A DNA stretch of 64,000 nucleotides from the human T2T-CHM13v2.0 reference genome, Homo sapiens: the NCBI RefSeq assembly GCF_009914755.1, contig NC_060938.1; one strand, 5' to 3'. The position numbers and the translations under genes were made by a program. Shown here one piece after another: positions 26,942-41,980 of this stretch. Position 1 is the first letter of the stretch; every line of letters begins with the position of its first letter. Under the pieces are notes generated by a model that worked only from the letters and a program-made list of their open reading frames with translations, searched no databases and had not been told where the DNA came from.

Positions 26942-28319
26942 TATTTTCTGAGATTTACGTTCAGAAAAGGTATTACTGGAGTGAACAAAACTAATACTTT
27001 TGAGGATTTTTAAAAAAATTTGGTAAAGTTGGACAACTTAAGAAAAGTCTGTGTCTGTACACCTGTCAACATTGTGGGGGATTTTTCCTTTGAAAGTGAA
27101 ACTCTGAGAAGTATATGTAACTGTGCATGTATGTGTATAAATAGAAAGGTGATAGATAGACTATTAATATTGATGCACAATTATCTGTTTGAATGGAAAA
27201 TTTCCGTATTGAAGAAAATAATTTTATATTATAAAGTAATGAATCATTAGTCATAGATGGCAGAAATATACTGATGACTTTTTCTTCTGAAATATATTTT
27301 ACATATATTTGATTTTTATGTTTGTTTTACTGTCATGAATCTATAAAATATTTATTTAATTTCTTTCTTTGGTAAATGATTAATTTTGATTTTAACTTTA
27401 TGTATTTAAGAATTATTGGCTTCCCTACACGAACAAATTAGAGCTTACTGAATGTACTGAAAGATGATTAAAATAAATAAATATATTTTAAAACACAGGA
27501 GTTAAAAGTGCTTTCTGTTTTTGAGAATTTGGCTTGAAATAAAATCAAACAACATTTAAATTTGAGATAAAGTAGGGGGTTGGTTATGAATATTATTGTG
27601 AGATATGAATAAACTTTAGAAATATGTCAACATTTTAAAATATTTTATTGGGATTTTATTAGATTTTAAACTGATACAAATAACTAAGACATTTCTTAGA
27701 AAATAGCTTTCAGATATCAAATTTAATTTAATGAATTGTTATTAATCATATTGTTTGTGATATTGTCACTGTGAGATTCATGAGAAACATGCCACTTAAT
27801 ACGGAAATTAATAACATTGTATTTCCTATCCCTGATTTCAAACTTTTTAATTTTTCTGAGAATAGAAATTAAGGGACTTGTTAAAAATTAAATTGCAGTC
27901 TAGTACTTGCTCTATCATTTAATTCTGGTACAGCAGTTTTATCTTCACGATATTACTAAGTAATTTTATTACTTTTGATATTCTTCCCCCCACCCCCGGG
28001 GTAATCGTTAGTTCTGAAAAGTCAAGCTAAATGAAGTCCACTGACACAGATCCCATAATATTTCATCACAGCACCTGGTTTTTAAAATCTTTCAAAGGAA
28101 ATATCATTATTGTAACCATTTCTTTCTTTATTTTTTAGCTGGGACTATCTGACTTCTCTACTAAGCTCCATGATAGCACATCTATCTTGATCACTGTTAT
28201 ATCTCTTGAGATAAGTGATTGTATGAACAACATACTCTTTTATGTTTAAATTTAGATACCAACAGAATCATGCTTACCTCTAATATTGTTTCAAATTTCT
28301 ACAAAGAAGAGAAAGGAGG

Positions 28320-28635
28320 CAAGTGGCTGATGTGGGGGTGGGAAATGGTGAGATGTTCCTCAAAGTTTCATTGTACAAAGTGTATAAAGTTTCAGTAGGA
28401 GGAATAAATTCTGAGAGTCTATTGTACAACGTAGTGACTATAGTTAATAATAATGTATTGTAAATTGAAAATTGCTAAAAGAGTAGATCTTAAATGCTCT
28501 CACCACACACACACACACAAAGATAAATATGTGAGGTGATGGATATGTTGATTAGCTTGATTTAATCATTCACATATGTCAAAACATCACATTGTATACC
28601 ATAAATATATGCAATTTTTATTTGTTAATTATATC
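28320..28635 (+). mobile_element. L1MA9/MA10/MB-type 3'UTR fragment
   Basis: gactatagttaataataatgtattg..ttgctaaaagagtagatcttaaatg..gtgatggatatgtt..ctcaataaagctgaaaaa. Contains (CA)n at 28504-28519. Confidence 0.88.
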
Positions 28636-28870
28636 TCAATAAAGCTGAAAAATAATTAAATGAGAAAATAATAATACTGAAAATTATACTGTTTCTTTGA
28701 TAGTTTATGTGGAACAAAGACCCATTTTTGTTGGTAACAACAACAAATAATTCCTAAAAATGTGTTCTAATTAAGTTATGTCATCAACCTACAGGTAGTT
28801 GCCTGGAGATGAATCAGCACATGATTCTAGACTGAGTGTTTTCAAAATCATTATTTTGAAATGTAGAGGT

Positions 28871-29177
28871 AGACCAGGAGTGGTGGCTCACACCTGTAAT
28901 GCCAGCACTTTGGGAGGCTGAGACAGGAGGATCACTTGAGGCCAAGAGTTCGAGTCCAGCCTGGCCAACTTAGCAAGATTTTATCTCGACAAAAATAAAA
29001 AATAAAAACAATTAGCCAGGTGTGGTGGTGCGCACCTAGAGCCCATCTACGTGGGACACTTGAGCCCAGTGTTTCAAGGCTGCAGTAAGCTATCATTGCA
29101 CTCCAGCTTGGGTGACAGAGTAAGGTTCTCGCTTTCAAAAAAAGAAAAGAAAGAAAAAGAAAGAAGGAAAGAAAGAG
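28871..29177 (+). mobile_element. AluJ with small right-arm deletions and a GAAA-type tail
   Basis: Both Alu arms present, with J-type aggctgcagt..gctat. TSD-like aatgtagagg / aatgtggagg. Confidence 0.92.
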
Positions 29178-29529
29178 AATGTGGAGGACTAGTTTGGGAA
29201 GGTAAATTTTTATCTACCAATGCTGGCTGTGCTAAAATTGCCAGAGAAGGTGTAGTGGACTTTCAAATAATTAGAATAAGCTACCCACATTAGGAAGTAT
29301 AAATGTGGTTATAAAATGTATCATTAAGATCTCCATGGCTATTTTCATGCTTATATCTTTTGTTCTTTTTACTTTGCAATATTTTCTTCTAAATACTTAT
29401 TTTGGAGTTACTGTTTGAAGAGCTTCTTCTTTGAAATTAATACTCATAATACACCTTGCAAAGCTTTTCAATATTATCTTGTACATTCAATTCAGATAGT
29501 GTCTTTTGCATACATTAATATCACGAATA

Positions 29530-30023
29530 TGAAATCTGCCGGATTGTCCCGTAGAACTGATGTTTATGGTTATTTTGAATCAACATAGAAATTGCACCTC
29601 TCAGTCTTAAAAAATAAGAAAATTATAGTTGTCTTATCAGCATTCCTTTCTGAGGAGACCAACTATCAGACCTCCCAGATAGTAACAAGGATCTGAAACT
29701 TACCAGAACACCACATCTGAACGAGATGCCAGACCCCTCACCTGTCATGATTGCCTAACCAATCACCTGCTTCTTGTTGACCAACTCCTCTTTCTCACTC
29801 CTCCCTAATTCCTATTTACTTGCATAAATTTACATTCCTTCCCTGCTATATAAACCCCCAATTGTAGTTGGACAGAGAAATGGATTTGAGACTTTATCTC
29901 TCATTCTCCTTGGCTGTAGCACTTGAATAAAGTCTTTTTCACCATCAAAGTTCATTATTTCAGAGATTGGCTTTCTTTGCTGTAAGCAACAGACCTAGAC
30001 TGGATCCCTGGTGTTCCGTAACA
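29530..30023 (+). mobile_element. LOR1-type ERV1 solo LTR
   Basis: TG...CA termini and a 4-bp TSD AATA (29526-29529 / 30024-30027). Matches the recalled LOR1 consensus (ttgtccc.tagaactgatgtttatgg; ccctggtgtt.cggtaaca). Confidence 0.85.
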
Positions 30024-30289
30024 AATATCTATTGAGTTTTATTTTTTTCAGTGATGTGATTTGACTACTATTTTTCTTAGTAAATATGTTACAATTTTTT
30101 TAGTACTAAAAAGTCATAAATAAACAGTAAATCTTCATTCAGGATTACTATTTCACACGATTTATTTTAATATCTATATATACACATTTTTAATTAAAAA
30201 TATTAAATATATTCCATAAAAGTCTATAATGGATGTGTAGTAATTTTATTAAAGCAGTCTTTTTTCCTTTTTCTTTTCTCTCCCTTTTC

Positions 30290-33200
30290 CTTCTATTTCC
30301 CCCCACCGATATCAAGTAACCCATATTAACAACCTAGTTTGTACCCTTGTATATTTTTCTATTTGCCCCGATAGTTCTAGAAAGATTTTTATAAATATAG
30401 TGGGTTTGGAGGTCAACATTTGACAGAAACATGTTCATAGTATGAGTTGTTCTGCATCTTGTTTTTCTTACTCAAAACATGTCATGGAAATCCACGTATA
30501 TAACCTTGTATAACTCAATTATCATTCATGTGTCTCTTACTGACTTCCAAAGATTGTATCATTAATTTTAAAGTTATTTTTGTGTGTCATGTGAGAGATA
30601 GATACAATGATTTTTCCCAGATGCGTAGCCAATTATGCCAAAACTGTTTACTAAGTCATCTATCATATATTAAATACCTTTATGCACTGGGACTGATTCT
30701 GAAATTTTCCTAACCATTGAAATATATTTTGATTACAGCGGTTTTGTAGTATGTCCCTCCAACTATTCTCCTTTACTCAGATATTTGTGGAATAGTCTCA
30801 GCAATTATTATTTCATATTATATGTAATATTGCTCTATCCATATTAAGAATCAATGTTATAATTATTATTAGGGAAACTGAAAATACTATAATAGCCCTA
30901 CCACTGAAGAACATGGTACATTTTCCATTTTTTTATGTTGGTATTATGTCTTTGTTTAAGTATTTCCTAAGTGTTTACACTTATTTTTTACTTTGAATTT
31001 TTCTATTTTATATTTCTGAGTTTCCATTTCTACTCTAAAGAAAATGCTATTGTTTTTGAATATATTTACCTCATATCAAATCATATTATCTTGTAAATTA
31101 TAGTAGATATTTATAGGTATTCTTGACATTTTAGATATGTATTAATATTAGTAGCAACAAAAGTACAGTTTTAACTATTTTCTAAAATTTCTAGTATTTA
31201 TTTTCCTATTGATATTTTATTTGCTAAATAAAATCAGTAAGTAATGATAACGATAAAGGGCATCTTTATTCATTTAATATTAATTTACATTTCTTTAGTC
31301 CCTCACCATTACTGGTATGGTTCTTAATGGGATTTAGAATTGCTTTTTATTTTACTTATATATTTTATAATATTTCTATAAAATTCAGTATTTTTATTTG
31401 AAATGCATGTTAACATTTACCAACTATATTTACATCAACCAATGATATTATTTTATTTTTGGTTTCTTCTAATTTATTATGTAGTAGTTTGTCAGATTAC
31501 CTGATATTTAAATGGTCTGCATTCCTGAAATAAATTCTACCTAGAAATAAAAGATTACATTTGATAAAGTGTAGCATTTTGTTATTATATTTAAAATTTT
31601 GCATCTATATTTGCAAGTGATATTGTTCTATATTATATTTTTGCTTAATTTATTTGGTATTAGTATTAAATTTTTGAGTCTATATAGATTCTTATGTATT
31701 TTTCTATTAATATTAAATAATAATACAGTTTATGATTTAGAGGTGATCATTTGAAATATTTCTTCTACTTTCTAGATATTTTAAATTCCTTTTTTCTTGA
31801 TATATTGTTTATTGCATATATATTTCTTAATATTCAAGATATAAAATATATTTATCATATTTCTTATTGTTTTCCTCACTGTATTAGATTAGGACCAGAG
31901 AATGAGGCTTTTTTTAGGTTTCATTTTGTTAAGAACCTATTTGAGGATGAATTCATATTTGAGTTTTGTAAATGCTACCTGGACTTAGAAAAATGCATAT
32001 TCGGTGTTTTGGTGATTTACATTTTATATATAAATGAAAAGTAATGTTTGTTTATCATTCAAATCTGGTATGTCCTGCTTTTTATCTACTAGATTTGTTA
32101 CATTCCACAGTGGTATCAAATAGTCCTACTATATTATTATAAAGTTTACTTTTGTTTTATTTGTCTTATTACCTATTTATTATCTATCCTAATGTTAAAC
32201 TTCAAAAGTGTTCATGTTTTCATTACGTAAAGTTCTTTCCAGTGTGTTTTAATTAGTTTTCCCTTTTAAGATGTTAACCTTTCCAGTATAACTTGATTTT
32301 GTTAGAACTTTGTTTGTTTGCTATATTTATGATCATCTCTTAATTTTCAACCATTCTTTATTGCTTTACTTTTGATGCTTCATTGATAACAAAATAGAAA
32401 TGGATGTTATATATTATTTTGTTGTTAAATGGTTTTCTACTAGCTCAAATTTATTGTGAATATCTATTTGGTATATTTTATTCCTTTTCTTTTAGCTGTT
32501 ATTTATTTTATTTTGTTGTTCCTCTTGCATTTATTTTATTTTGTCTGATCCACTTGCTATTCATTATACTTTTTATCATTTCAAAGTTGAATTTTCTATT
32601 ATAATTTCTCTATTCTTTCCTTATTTAGTTTGTATTTTCTTTGCTAGTAACCTTTTTAAAACTGCTTAGTTCTCTATTACTGTATGTCAAAAGATACCAA
32701 TTATTTCCTGACCAAGGATTTCTCCTTTCCTCTGCTTTCTGCACCCACCTCAATTACAATCCACAGGTATTATTAAGTTTTCTAGATTAGTTTCACTTCT
32801 TCATTTTTTGTAACCCATACTTCTTCACCCCTACCCTTCTTTCATGAAAACAGTGAAACATTACCTCCTTCCCCAGCACCAAGCACACACAGGCTAAGTT
32901 CAGATGAGAAATCATTGTGTGCTTATTTTCTTATTATTATTGGAGTTTCCATGGCAGCATTTTTATAACCAGCATTTAGTTATGTACATTGAACAGTCTA
33001 AGATCTTCTCTCTACCTTTCAGCTCCTCTTTTCTTTGGATAATTTTTCTCATTCATTTCTTGTTTCATTATATTTCTTCCTTGAGAATTTTCTTATGTAC
33101 AGATCGTTGGTAATACAACCCAAAATTTTGTAAGTCCCAGTGATTCTCTTTGCCCTGATGAATGAATGCCATCTTTGCTAATTATAGGATTGTTGAATAA

Positions 33201-33470
33201 CTTAATGCTCACGGTAACTAGTAAATGTTATTCCACCATCTTCTAGTTTCTAGCGTAGAAGATGAAATGTGAGATACAGTTGTGATATTTTTCCTCAGTA
33301 TGTTAATTTTCCTTTCTTTCTGGAGTCTTGTAGAAGTTTTCTTTATTCAAATATTCAGGAATGTTTGTAGATTATGTGTCCATATGTCTATGTCTACTTA
33401 AAACCTTTCAAAAATTTAACACAACCTTTCAATCTTCTGAATTGTATGTTTCTTCATCTCAGAAATGTTT
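30290..33470 (-). mobile_element. Very old L1M/L1ME (possibly HAL1) remnants, 3'UTR through ORF1 region
   Basis: T-rich stretch with colinear L1 antisense motifs (tagccaattatgccaaaac, gggcatctt, tgcattcctgaaataaa, ttttgcatctatatt, ttattccaccatcttctag). Confidence 0.6.
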
Positions 33471-33485
33471 TAAAATAAATTTAAT

Positions 33486-33789
33486 GCTTGGGTTCTGTGA
33501 TTCATGCCTGTAACTCCAGTGCCATGGGAAACTAAGGCAAGATGGCTTGAAGCCAGGAGTGCAAGATCAGTCAAGGCAACATAGCAAGACTCTGTCTCTA
33601 CATTTTTTAATTTTTTTTAAATTAGCTGGATATGGTAACACATGCCTGTAGTCCTAGCTACTTGAGAGGGTGAGGTGGGAGTATCACTGGAGCCCAGGAA
33701 TTGGCGGCCGCAGTGAGCTATGATCTCATCGCTGCACTCCAGCCTGTGTGACAAAGACCCTGTCTCTAAAAAAACAAAGATAAATAAAT
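33486..33789 (+). mobile_element. AluJ
   Basis: Diverged dimer with a (TAAA)n tail. TSD aaataaatttaat at 33473-33485 / 33790-33802. Confidence 0.92.
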
Positions 33790-33866
33790 AAATAAATTTA
33801 ATTAGTATATCTCCTCTTCCTTTTGTCAATTTTTCATATTCTGAAATGATATTGATTGCATTTTAG

Positions 33867-34195
<329 letters not shown>

Positions 34196-37100
34196 CTGGA
34201 AAAAAGAAAATATTCTTCTCCTTGATCTTCCTGGCCGTAATTTTATGTCAACAGTGACAGTTAACTCATTCATATGACTCACAGTTTTAGTTGGGAACTA
34301 CACATTTTTGCAATTTGTATTTTTATGAATATTGTTATTCTTATTTGTGGTGTTTTTTGCTTCCTCTGTCTTTCCTATTTTAGAGCATACTTTGTTTTCT
34401 TCTGTCTTCTCTTTCTTCAGTAGATTGGCTTTGCAAAAACTATTGTTATTTTCCTCTGTCACCTTGCTGGGGCTCAGGTTTAGTTGATGACCTCAGATAA
34501 AGAGAATCTATGGGCAGGCTACTATTCCTCCATGAAAGCACCAAAAGGAAGTCATCTCTCTCTGTGGTCTTCTAGAACTTTGCCAGTCCAGGAATAGCAA
34601 AGATCTAACCCCGTCTCTCCATCCTTCCTTAGGTTCTTGGTGGCCTGTGAGACTAGACCCATTCATGTTGGGTGGTGCCAAATTTCAACAAAGGATAATG
34701 ATTGTAAAGGATCGACTGTCTGGAATCCCTGTGTTCTAATCTTTACCAAATATATCCTTAGTAGTAGAATGATCTCTAGGCCATTATCTACTGACCTAGA
34801 GAGAAGAAAGTGCTATAGTAGCTCTTCCTACTGGGAACTCTGTACTGTCCCAGACCTTATTATCAACCAGGCTCAGCAGGCTCAATAGATTCCAGGCTCT
34901 GGAGAGAAATACAAATTCAGAGGGAGGGGGCTGAGAAGCATTCAGTTTCACCAGTGTCACAAAAATTCTCAAGTGCGATTCCACTGATTAGGTAGGAAAA
35001 CATGAGCTAGCAAAAATGACAGGTTATAATCAAGTAAATATTTTAAAAATAATAGCATTTTACTGACATATAGACAATGTGCCTTTTTTCTCTTCAGGGA
35101 CTGAATAAACAAGCTCATGCTATTTCAAAACATGCACAAAAACATGTATATGCACAGGCATAATTCATGTTTATGTTCATATATATACATACTCCTCATT
35201 TTATTTTTTTTATTGCTTACAATGCCCGTTGTAGCCGTCAGCCCCGGTGCACTCACAGAATGGAATAAGAATTCTCAGCTTGTGTTTGGAACTATTGCAC
35301 TATAAACACAGTTGTATGTTCTCTAGAAATAAACCTCTCTTTCTTGATTCTTTAGGTTGTTTTCTACCCTAAGTTATCGGAAACATTTTTACTGGGCATC
35401 TGCATCAAAATTCATGTGCAGCTAGCGTGCCTAGTGAAGCATTGTATTCTTTACTTTACATTCAAGATAGTTGAGTGATTCCGCTTAGTTTGAGTGGCAC
35501 TCTGCCACACATACATTATGGGACAAGAAGAACTCGGAAGAATCACTGAAGCTAACCATACATTACATGCATGGCACACTCACCAGATGTCTCTCCTTAC
35601 TTTGTTATGGTTTCATAAAGCTACACTGACATTGTCATTACGTTCAGAAATTTGATTCTGCTCACTTTGCCATCTTTCAAATAGATAACTCTGAAGGTTG
35701 TTGCTTTAACAAATAGAATTTGCACCCACAGTTATATCACTAACATTTGTAAATAATTATGTTATTCCACTTATTTATAATAAGTCATAAGAGAGTAAAT
35801 GCAGAAAGAAGAAACCATACCAGGCAAGAGCATGAGGAAATTCTGTAAATTCTACCACTGAGCTTTCTCTCCTACAGCATTCTAAAAACAACAAAAACAA
35901 CAACAACAAAAACTGGTTCCTGTCTCTTTTACTCACTTACGGAGGTGTTTGTTGTTTATGGTACATATTAACATATATGACTGAGACTGTAAAATACCAC
36001 AAATTGGATCAGAGTGAAGCATTCTCCTCATTAACGTTTATGTAGCTTAGTTACATGGCTGAATTTGGCTTTGTGGTATAAAACTAGAAATACTGATCTC
36101 AATTTTGCCATTGTTGGCGTTCTTTCTTCTGGCCCTGATTATCTAAGCCTGCCTGGGTGATGCTGTGACTGTCTGAAGCATGGGGAAATACTCTTTTGCT
36201 TAGAGCATTGCTTTTCCATCAGGCCATATATACTACAGGTATTTCAACTACTGACATTTTCCAGTAATCAAAAAATCATTTAAAATTATACCATACCATT
36301 TTTATAAATAACCATTATATATAAGGATTGAGTGTGGAGATAATTAAAGGATTCAATTTTTTTTCACTTGTTTGTGTATTTTTGCATAAAGTCAGCTTGG
36401 GATTAACTTATTAAACAATTTCTATATTCCTTATGCTTTGATAACTTTCTGCCAATTAAATTGTGAATTTAAAAATATATATTATTTAAATACATTTCAC
36501 TGTCATTGAATCATTGAATTTACTACTAATATCTCACTTATTTCATTTCATTCTCCAGTTTACATGTTTAGAAATAAGAGTCCTGAAGACTGGTGCCTGA
36601 TTACTAGCCCTCAGTACTTCTCCTCTTCTCTTCAACATACATTTATTTGACATTGCAAGTGTATGTGAATGACAATTCTTCTTAAGTGATCAGATTTCTT
36701 TCCATGGAGACTAGATATTTATTTGTGTTTTTTCCTATTAAATATGCTATTGTAAATTGTTAATTCTAATGTTTATGGAGAATAATTTTTTATGATAGGT
36801 TGGACTTAACCTCATCTATTTATTTTCGGCATTATCTTGCTTTAGTTTACTTTTCCTGCTCCTTCTTGCCCTTTAGAAGTCACAAATATTTAAACATGTT
36901 AAAAGTAGGGTTCAGTAATACATATACTACTCATTCCATTTTGATTTTGAATATATTTTGAGAAAGCTAAAGTGGAAAAACCTCTTATTCTCTATTTGGA
37001 TTGTTGAATATTGTAGTTTTTCAACTTTATTGTTATTGAATAATAGTAGTATACAAAGAGATGTATTTAAAAACTTAAGACATGATAAGAATTCCAAATT

Positions 37101-38884
37101 CTCTAGAGATGACTAAATTGGTATTATGTCTATATTATGGGATAAAATTTACTTTAATCTTTTTCTATATTTCAATATTTAAGGTGATTCATTTTCTCTT
37201 GCATTTTAATAATAAAGCTATAGTGGTATATATTAATAAACTGTAACATATTATGAAAGTAACTTTATTTTTGTCTCTGACTTTCCTTTTAGGTTTCAGT
37301 AAATTGTTCTTTCATGCCCAAGGTCCATGACTCAATAATCACTCTTAAATAATAAAGGTTGCATTTTATTTCTATTTAAAAAACAAATGTTCAGTTCAAA
37401 AATTAAAATGTCTACTCACATGTATTAATCAGAAGTTCTTTCTTGATTTAAGGAGACCTCTCTCAACACCCAATATGGGATCTTTATAGGTCCTGAGACT
37501 CTAGATGGGAGCATGGCATGGCTAATTTTTAAATTTTTCCTTATCTAGTGTTTCCACTTGTGAATTCTTGAAGATGGAAGCATATATAGAGGTAAGAGGT
37601 ATGAGAGCAGCATAGTTCATTCCTGATAGATACGTCAAGGTGATCTGACATCAGTGCCCTCTGAACTAAACAAATGCTCAAAGATGACGTTTTGGGGGCT
37701 GTCTGTTGCCTTCTGATTTCCAAGGAATCTTTCGTCAGCTCCTTGTAACCAGTTTTTGGGTGGCTGTGAAAGGTCCACTATAACTGTACAAATACGATAT
37801 TTCTAGTGATAGCAAAGCATTTCAAAGTCCTTTTTAATTTTCTTATTCTATCTCATATAATAAGCAAGTATCTTATTATATCTTATATATCGGTAATGAG
37901 ATTATCTTTGTGTGTTTGCCTGTGTTCTCTTTCAGTGGAAACAAAGCTCTGTAACGATATGAACTGTTTTGTATCTATTAATACCCTTTCAGGTTTTATC
38001 ACTATTTTAAAATAGCTAGCTCATGGATGTTTGCTACTTGAAGGAAATAGTTTCCTACTTTTCATTTTAATTTTAATTTATTGTTATTCTTTTTAAATGT
38101 TTGGGAAATAGTCCAAGCCCTGTTTTTTCTTTTTGTCATAATAATATTTCATTAATTTTCCTTTGAAATCTATTCATTCATAGACCACATTTTTTCTATG
38201 TGATTTCCTGAAACATAATTTTATAGATAAATATACTTATTTATACTTATTTCTGTGGTGAGGATAGAAATATATATTATTTTTATATGATAAAACTTGC
38301 GTTAATGTGCTCTGTGACTTTGAAATGCCTTGCTAACACTAGAAATGCAGTGTTTATACATTTTTAAAATATTTGCTATTTTGAGATTGTGGGAGGGACT
38401 CTATCCTGCTCACATAAAAATCTTCTAACAATGTTTTTTTTTGTTTGTTTGTTTGAAATTGGAACCCTTTTCTCATTGAAAACGCAAAAACAAAATATGA
38501 TTTATTAAATGTCCTTATTTGTTAAACTGATTTGTAATAACGCGTTCTTTACTAAAATTGTACTTGTGAAGAAACATCCCCTTAGTTTTTGTATCTACTT
38601 TAGAAAGTGGTGGTCTATTTGTTTAAAGCCAAGATTTACAGCCATCATTAGGAATGGATTGTAATTACTGACATGTTGGTGCATGTACATCCTAAGAGAT
38701 AGCATGGCGGAGTTAATGAGACACATGCATTGATACAGAATTTGCAAATCATCATGACTAATTTTATCATAATAAGTTAAATAATACCTCATGAGTTCCC
38801 TTCAGTTTAATTCTCAGTATTAATCTAATTTATATCAGAAATATATGAACTATAAAACATTTTCTTTTCAGAGATGTCTATTTT

Positions 38885-39160
38885 TAATTTACTTAATAAT
38901 TACTAAGCATGAGTAGAACATCCCCTATGTGCCATGCACCATGTCAAGCACTGGGGACACAGAGATGAGTCAAACAGTCTCCGTATTAAAGGAGCTCAAA
39001 GCCTACTAATGAGAATGAAAATAATGAGATAATGTAATTTACTAGAGTAATTACCAAGCTCTTATTATGCAGAAAACATTACTGAAGCAGAGAGAAGATT
39101 GTGTACAAATTCTGGTGAAGTCAGGAAAGTTGACCTGATCATGGAAAAACCTAAGTTGAA
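38885..39160 (-). mobile_element. L2 3' end
   Basis: ctatgtgccatgcaccatgtcaagcactggggacacagagatgag..aaggagctca matches the reverse L2 terminus. Confidence 0.75.
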
Positions 39161-41654
39161 ACATAAATATGTCTATTTTTCTTAATTTTTATTTATATCT
39201 TAAACCAAAACTAAGTTGAATCTACATGGCTGTTTTGCAAGTAAGAGCAAAGCAAAATGTGCTGCTGAAATCTGCTTACAATCAGGCTAGAGAGCAGGGA
39301 ACGGATGAATAGATTTTCATTTTATTCAGGAACTCAGGAACAAAAAGGATCTCCTCATTCTTAAATTTGTCTATTATATTTAGATAACAAGTCAGTTTGA
39401 CAAATTGAAAAAATATGTGAATTGTTTGAGTTGGCCAGGAATAGAACAAGAAGGGGTATGATAGCCAGCAAATGTAAGATGAGGAAAAGAAAGCAACCAT
39501 TGCAAAAAATTGTTAGAAAGGTAGAACATTTTCTTTGAAGAGAAAAGAATTCCTAAAATGAAGAAACTGAGCAAGATGAGAAGGAAATTACTTTAAAATT
39601 CCATTCTTTCAAAAAATCAAAATCCTACAAAGATGCAAAAATTGTTCATATGTTACAAACAGACATGTCAACTTTGTTTCCCTAGTCTCATTAAGTCTAT
39701 TGAATTCTTAATTCTGAATAAACTCTTCTGTTATTTCTAAATTTTGAAATTTTGAGACTGACCCTGTGGTAGGGTATTGATCATCTAAATGCTATTTTAC
39801 ATTTGTTTTCCTCAAAATCTGCTAAACTTTAAAGGTAAAAGTTTTGCTGACATCTAAAATATTTCAGAGTGAGATCACAACTTGCATATGTAGTTCTCAG
39901 ATTCACTGCCAGCTTTTGACCACTGTTACCTTGGATAACTACTGTCTTTTATACTTTGCAGATCACTTTAGCTTATGTTTTCTAATTTTACATCTAAATA
40001 ACATTTTGAAAGTTATTAAAAATAATTTCAGATAAATGCATTGATTCATTCCCTACATTGCACTGCCCCTTCTATAGACTACACAAGCAGTACTGACTTC
40101 TGGAAATTTAATTATATTACTTATTATTTACATTCATGCTACCCACTAACTACATTTATCACAGAACTACCATATATTTATTAACTTTCTCCAGTTATTC
40201 TATTTTATACATAAAACTTCACAATGTAACTTAGGGCAGAGGCTGAAATGTCCTGAAAGAATGATATGAATGGAATCAAGATAAATAATATAGCGGTAGG
40301 AAGAAAGGAGTAAATAAAAAGAACAATGGAAGTTGTATCCTTAATATAAAATAGAAAATTAATTTTGTTTCTTGTGCATAATTTTATAGCTGTGGTAATA
40401 ATTTCAATAGAGCATTTATGAGATGTTTTAAGATTCAGCAATATTATTTGAATAAGAGTTCCACTTTTCTGAGTAATTCTATAAAGGATGATTGTGAAGT
40501 AGAGGGTTGTATTTTGATATTATTCTGAAAAAAAGAAACTCCAATTCAAACATTAAAATTCTGTCGCATCACAAGAATGAAAATGGTGTCATAAAAATAA
40601 ATAGGTTATTTTAATAGAGGATCAACCTATGGATCTTAATATACTTTAAAGGTACTTCTGCTTGAGATTGAAAGATCAAATTTAGTTGATTTTCAGACAA
40701 AATAGGAAATCTGAAATTATTTAGCAAGCATTCAAAACAAATATGAGACGTTTTGACCATAAAATAATTTTACATAAGATTAGATGTAAATCTTACAGAC
40801 CATTAAGGAAAGTAAGAATTTGCTATTGTGTTATAACAGCAAATGAGCTCTTCATCCTTTACCATTATAAGATGGTGTCTCAAGAAGAAAATGTATTTTC
40901 ATTTCTGCACCAGTCATTACAGTAACCAATAAATTAAATTCTGTTGGCTGTCAATCATAGGAGAAATTCACAAAATTAAAAAGAAATCAACAGAAAACTG
41001 TAGAACTGTTTCTAAAATTGTCGCTGGATAAACCAACTTGTTTTTTAAAACTTCCTTGAAGAGAACAGTGAAACACTATACAAAAAAACCTTCCATGATT
41101 TTGACAAAGGAGTTTCTTTACTATCTAATTTTGCTATAAAAATAATGTAGGAATTATATAAACAATAATGATTTCTTTAAAATATAGGTTCAGTAATATA
41201 TTAAATCAAATTGTACATAATTGATTTCTAATATATCATTGTTGGTTCATTTTTAAATTATTTTAATGTTTATAATACAGCTAAGTCATATGTAGATCAA
41301 TAATTTGCCTTGTCAATTTAATTATTCTTTTTATAACAAAATACCAATAAGAAGTCTATTCTCTAGATAGTAAAATTAAATTTGAATTTATCAGTTCAAG
41401 TCCCAGCAAGTATTAGAGAATAAAATCTTATTTAAACACCATGACTCTATTCTGTTTGAGACTTCTTCTTTGCATGACTTTTTGATGGTAAATGCCTTTC
41501 TTCCTGTAGGGACATAAACTTGAGATCCTCTTTATAGCATTTTGAAAATAATATGCTGATGATGGCATATCCTTCTCAAATTGTGAAATGATGGACATAT
41601 CCAGTCAATAAGAGACACTTGGGTAGTGAATTTTGTTCTAGATTCTAAAATTGT

Positions 41655-41855
41655 GAAATAACAGAACAAGTGTGCAAGGACCCTGTGGTGGGAGCATCCT
41701 AGATAGTGTGAGGAACTGTGTATGGTGCTTGAAGGGTGAGGGTGGAGGGAAATCTAGGGGTGAAGGTGGTGGCAAGAGAAGAGAAGGAGAGTAGAATGAG
41801 ACAAATTTAGAGAAGTAACTGGGTGGGGGTAGTAAACACAAATAATGTAAAGTCC
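41655..41855 (-). mobile_element. L2 fragment
   Basis: gtgcaaggaccctgtggtgggagcat..tgaggaactg is typical L2 antisense sequence. Confidence 0.6.
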
Positions 41856-41980
41856 CTTTATTTGTAAATTGAAAATAATCATATAGCCTATGGCATGGCA
41901 TTTTGGTGAAGACTAAATGAGGTAATCTTTATATCAAAGACCTTAGCACAATTCCTCGCAAATAATTAGCTAGTACTATG
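41855..41980 (+). mobile_element. MIR 3' fragment
   Basis: atttgtaaattgaaaataat..gtgaagactaaatgaggtaat..cttagcacaattcct. Confidence 0.65.
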
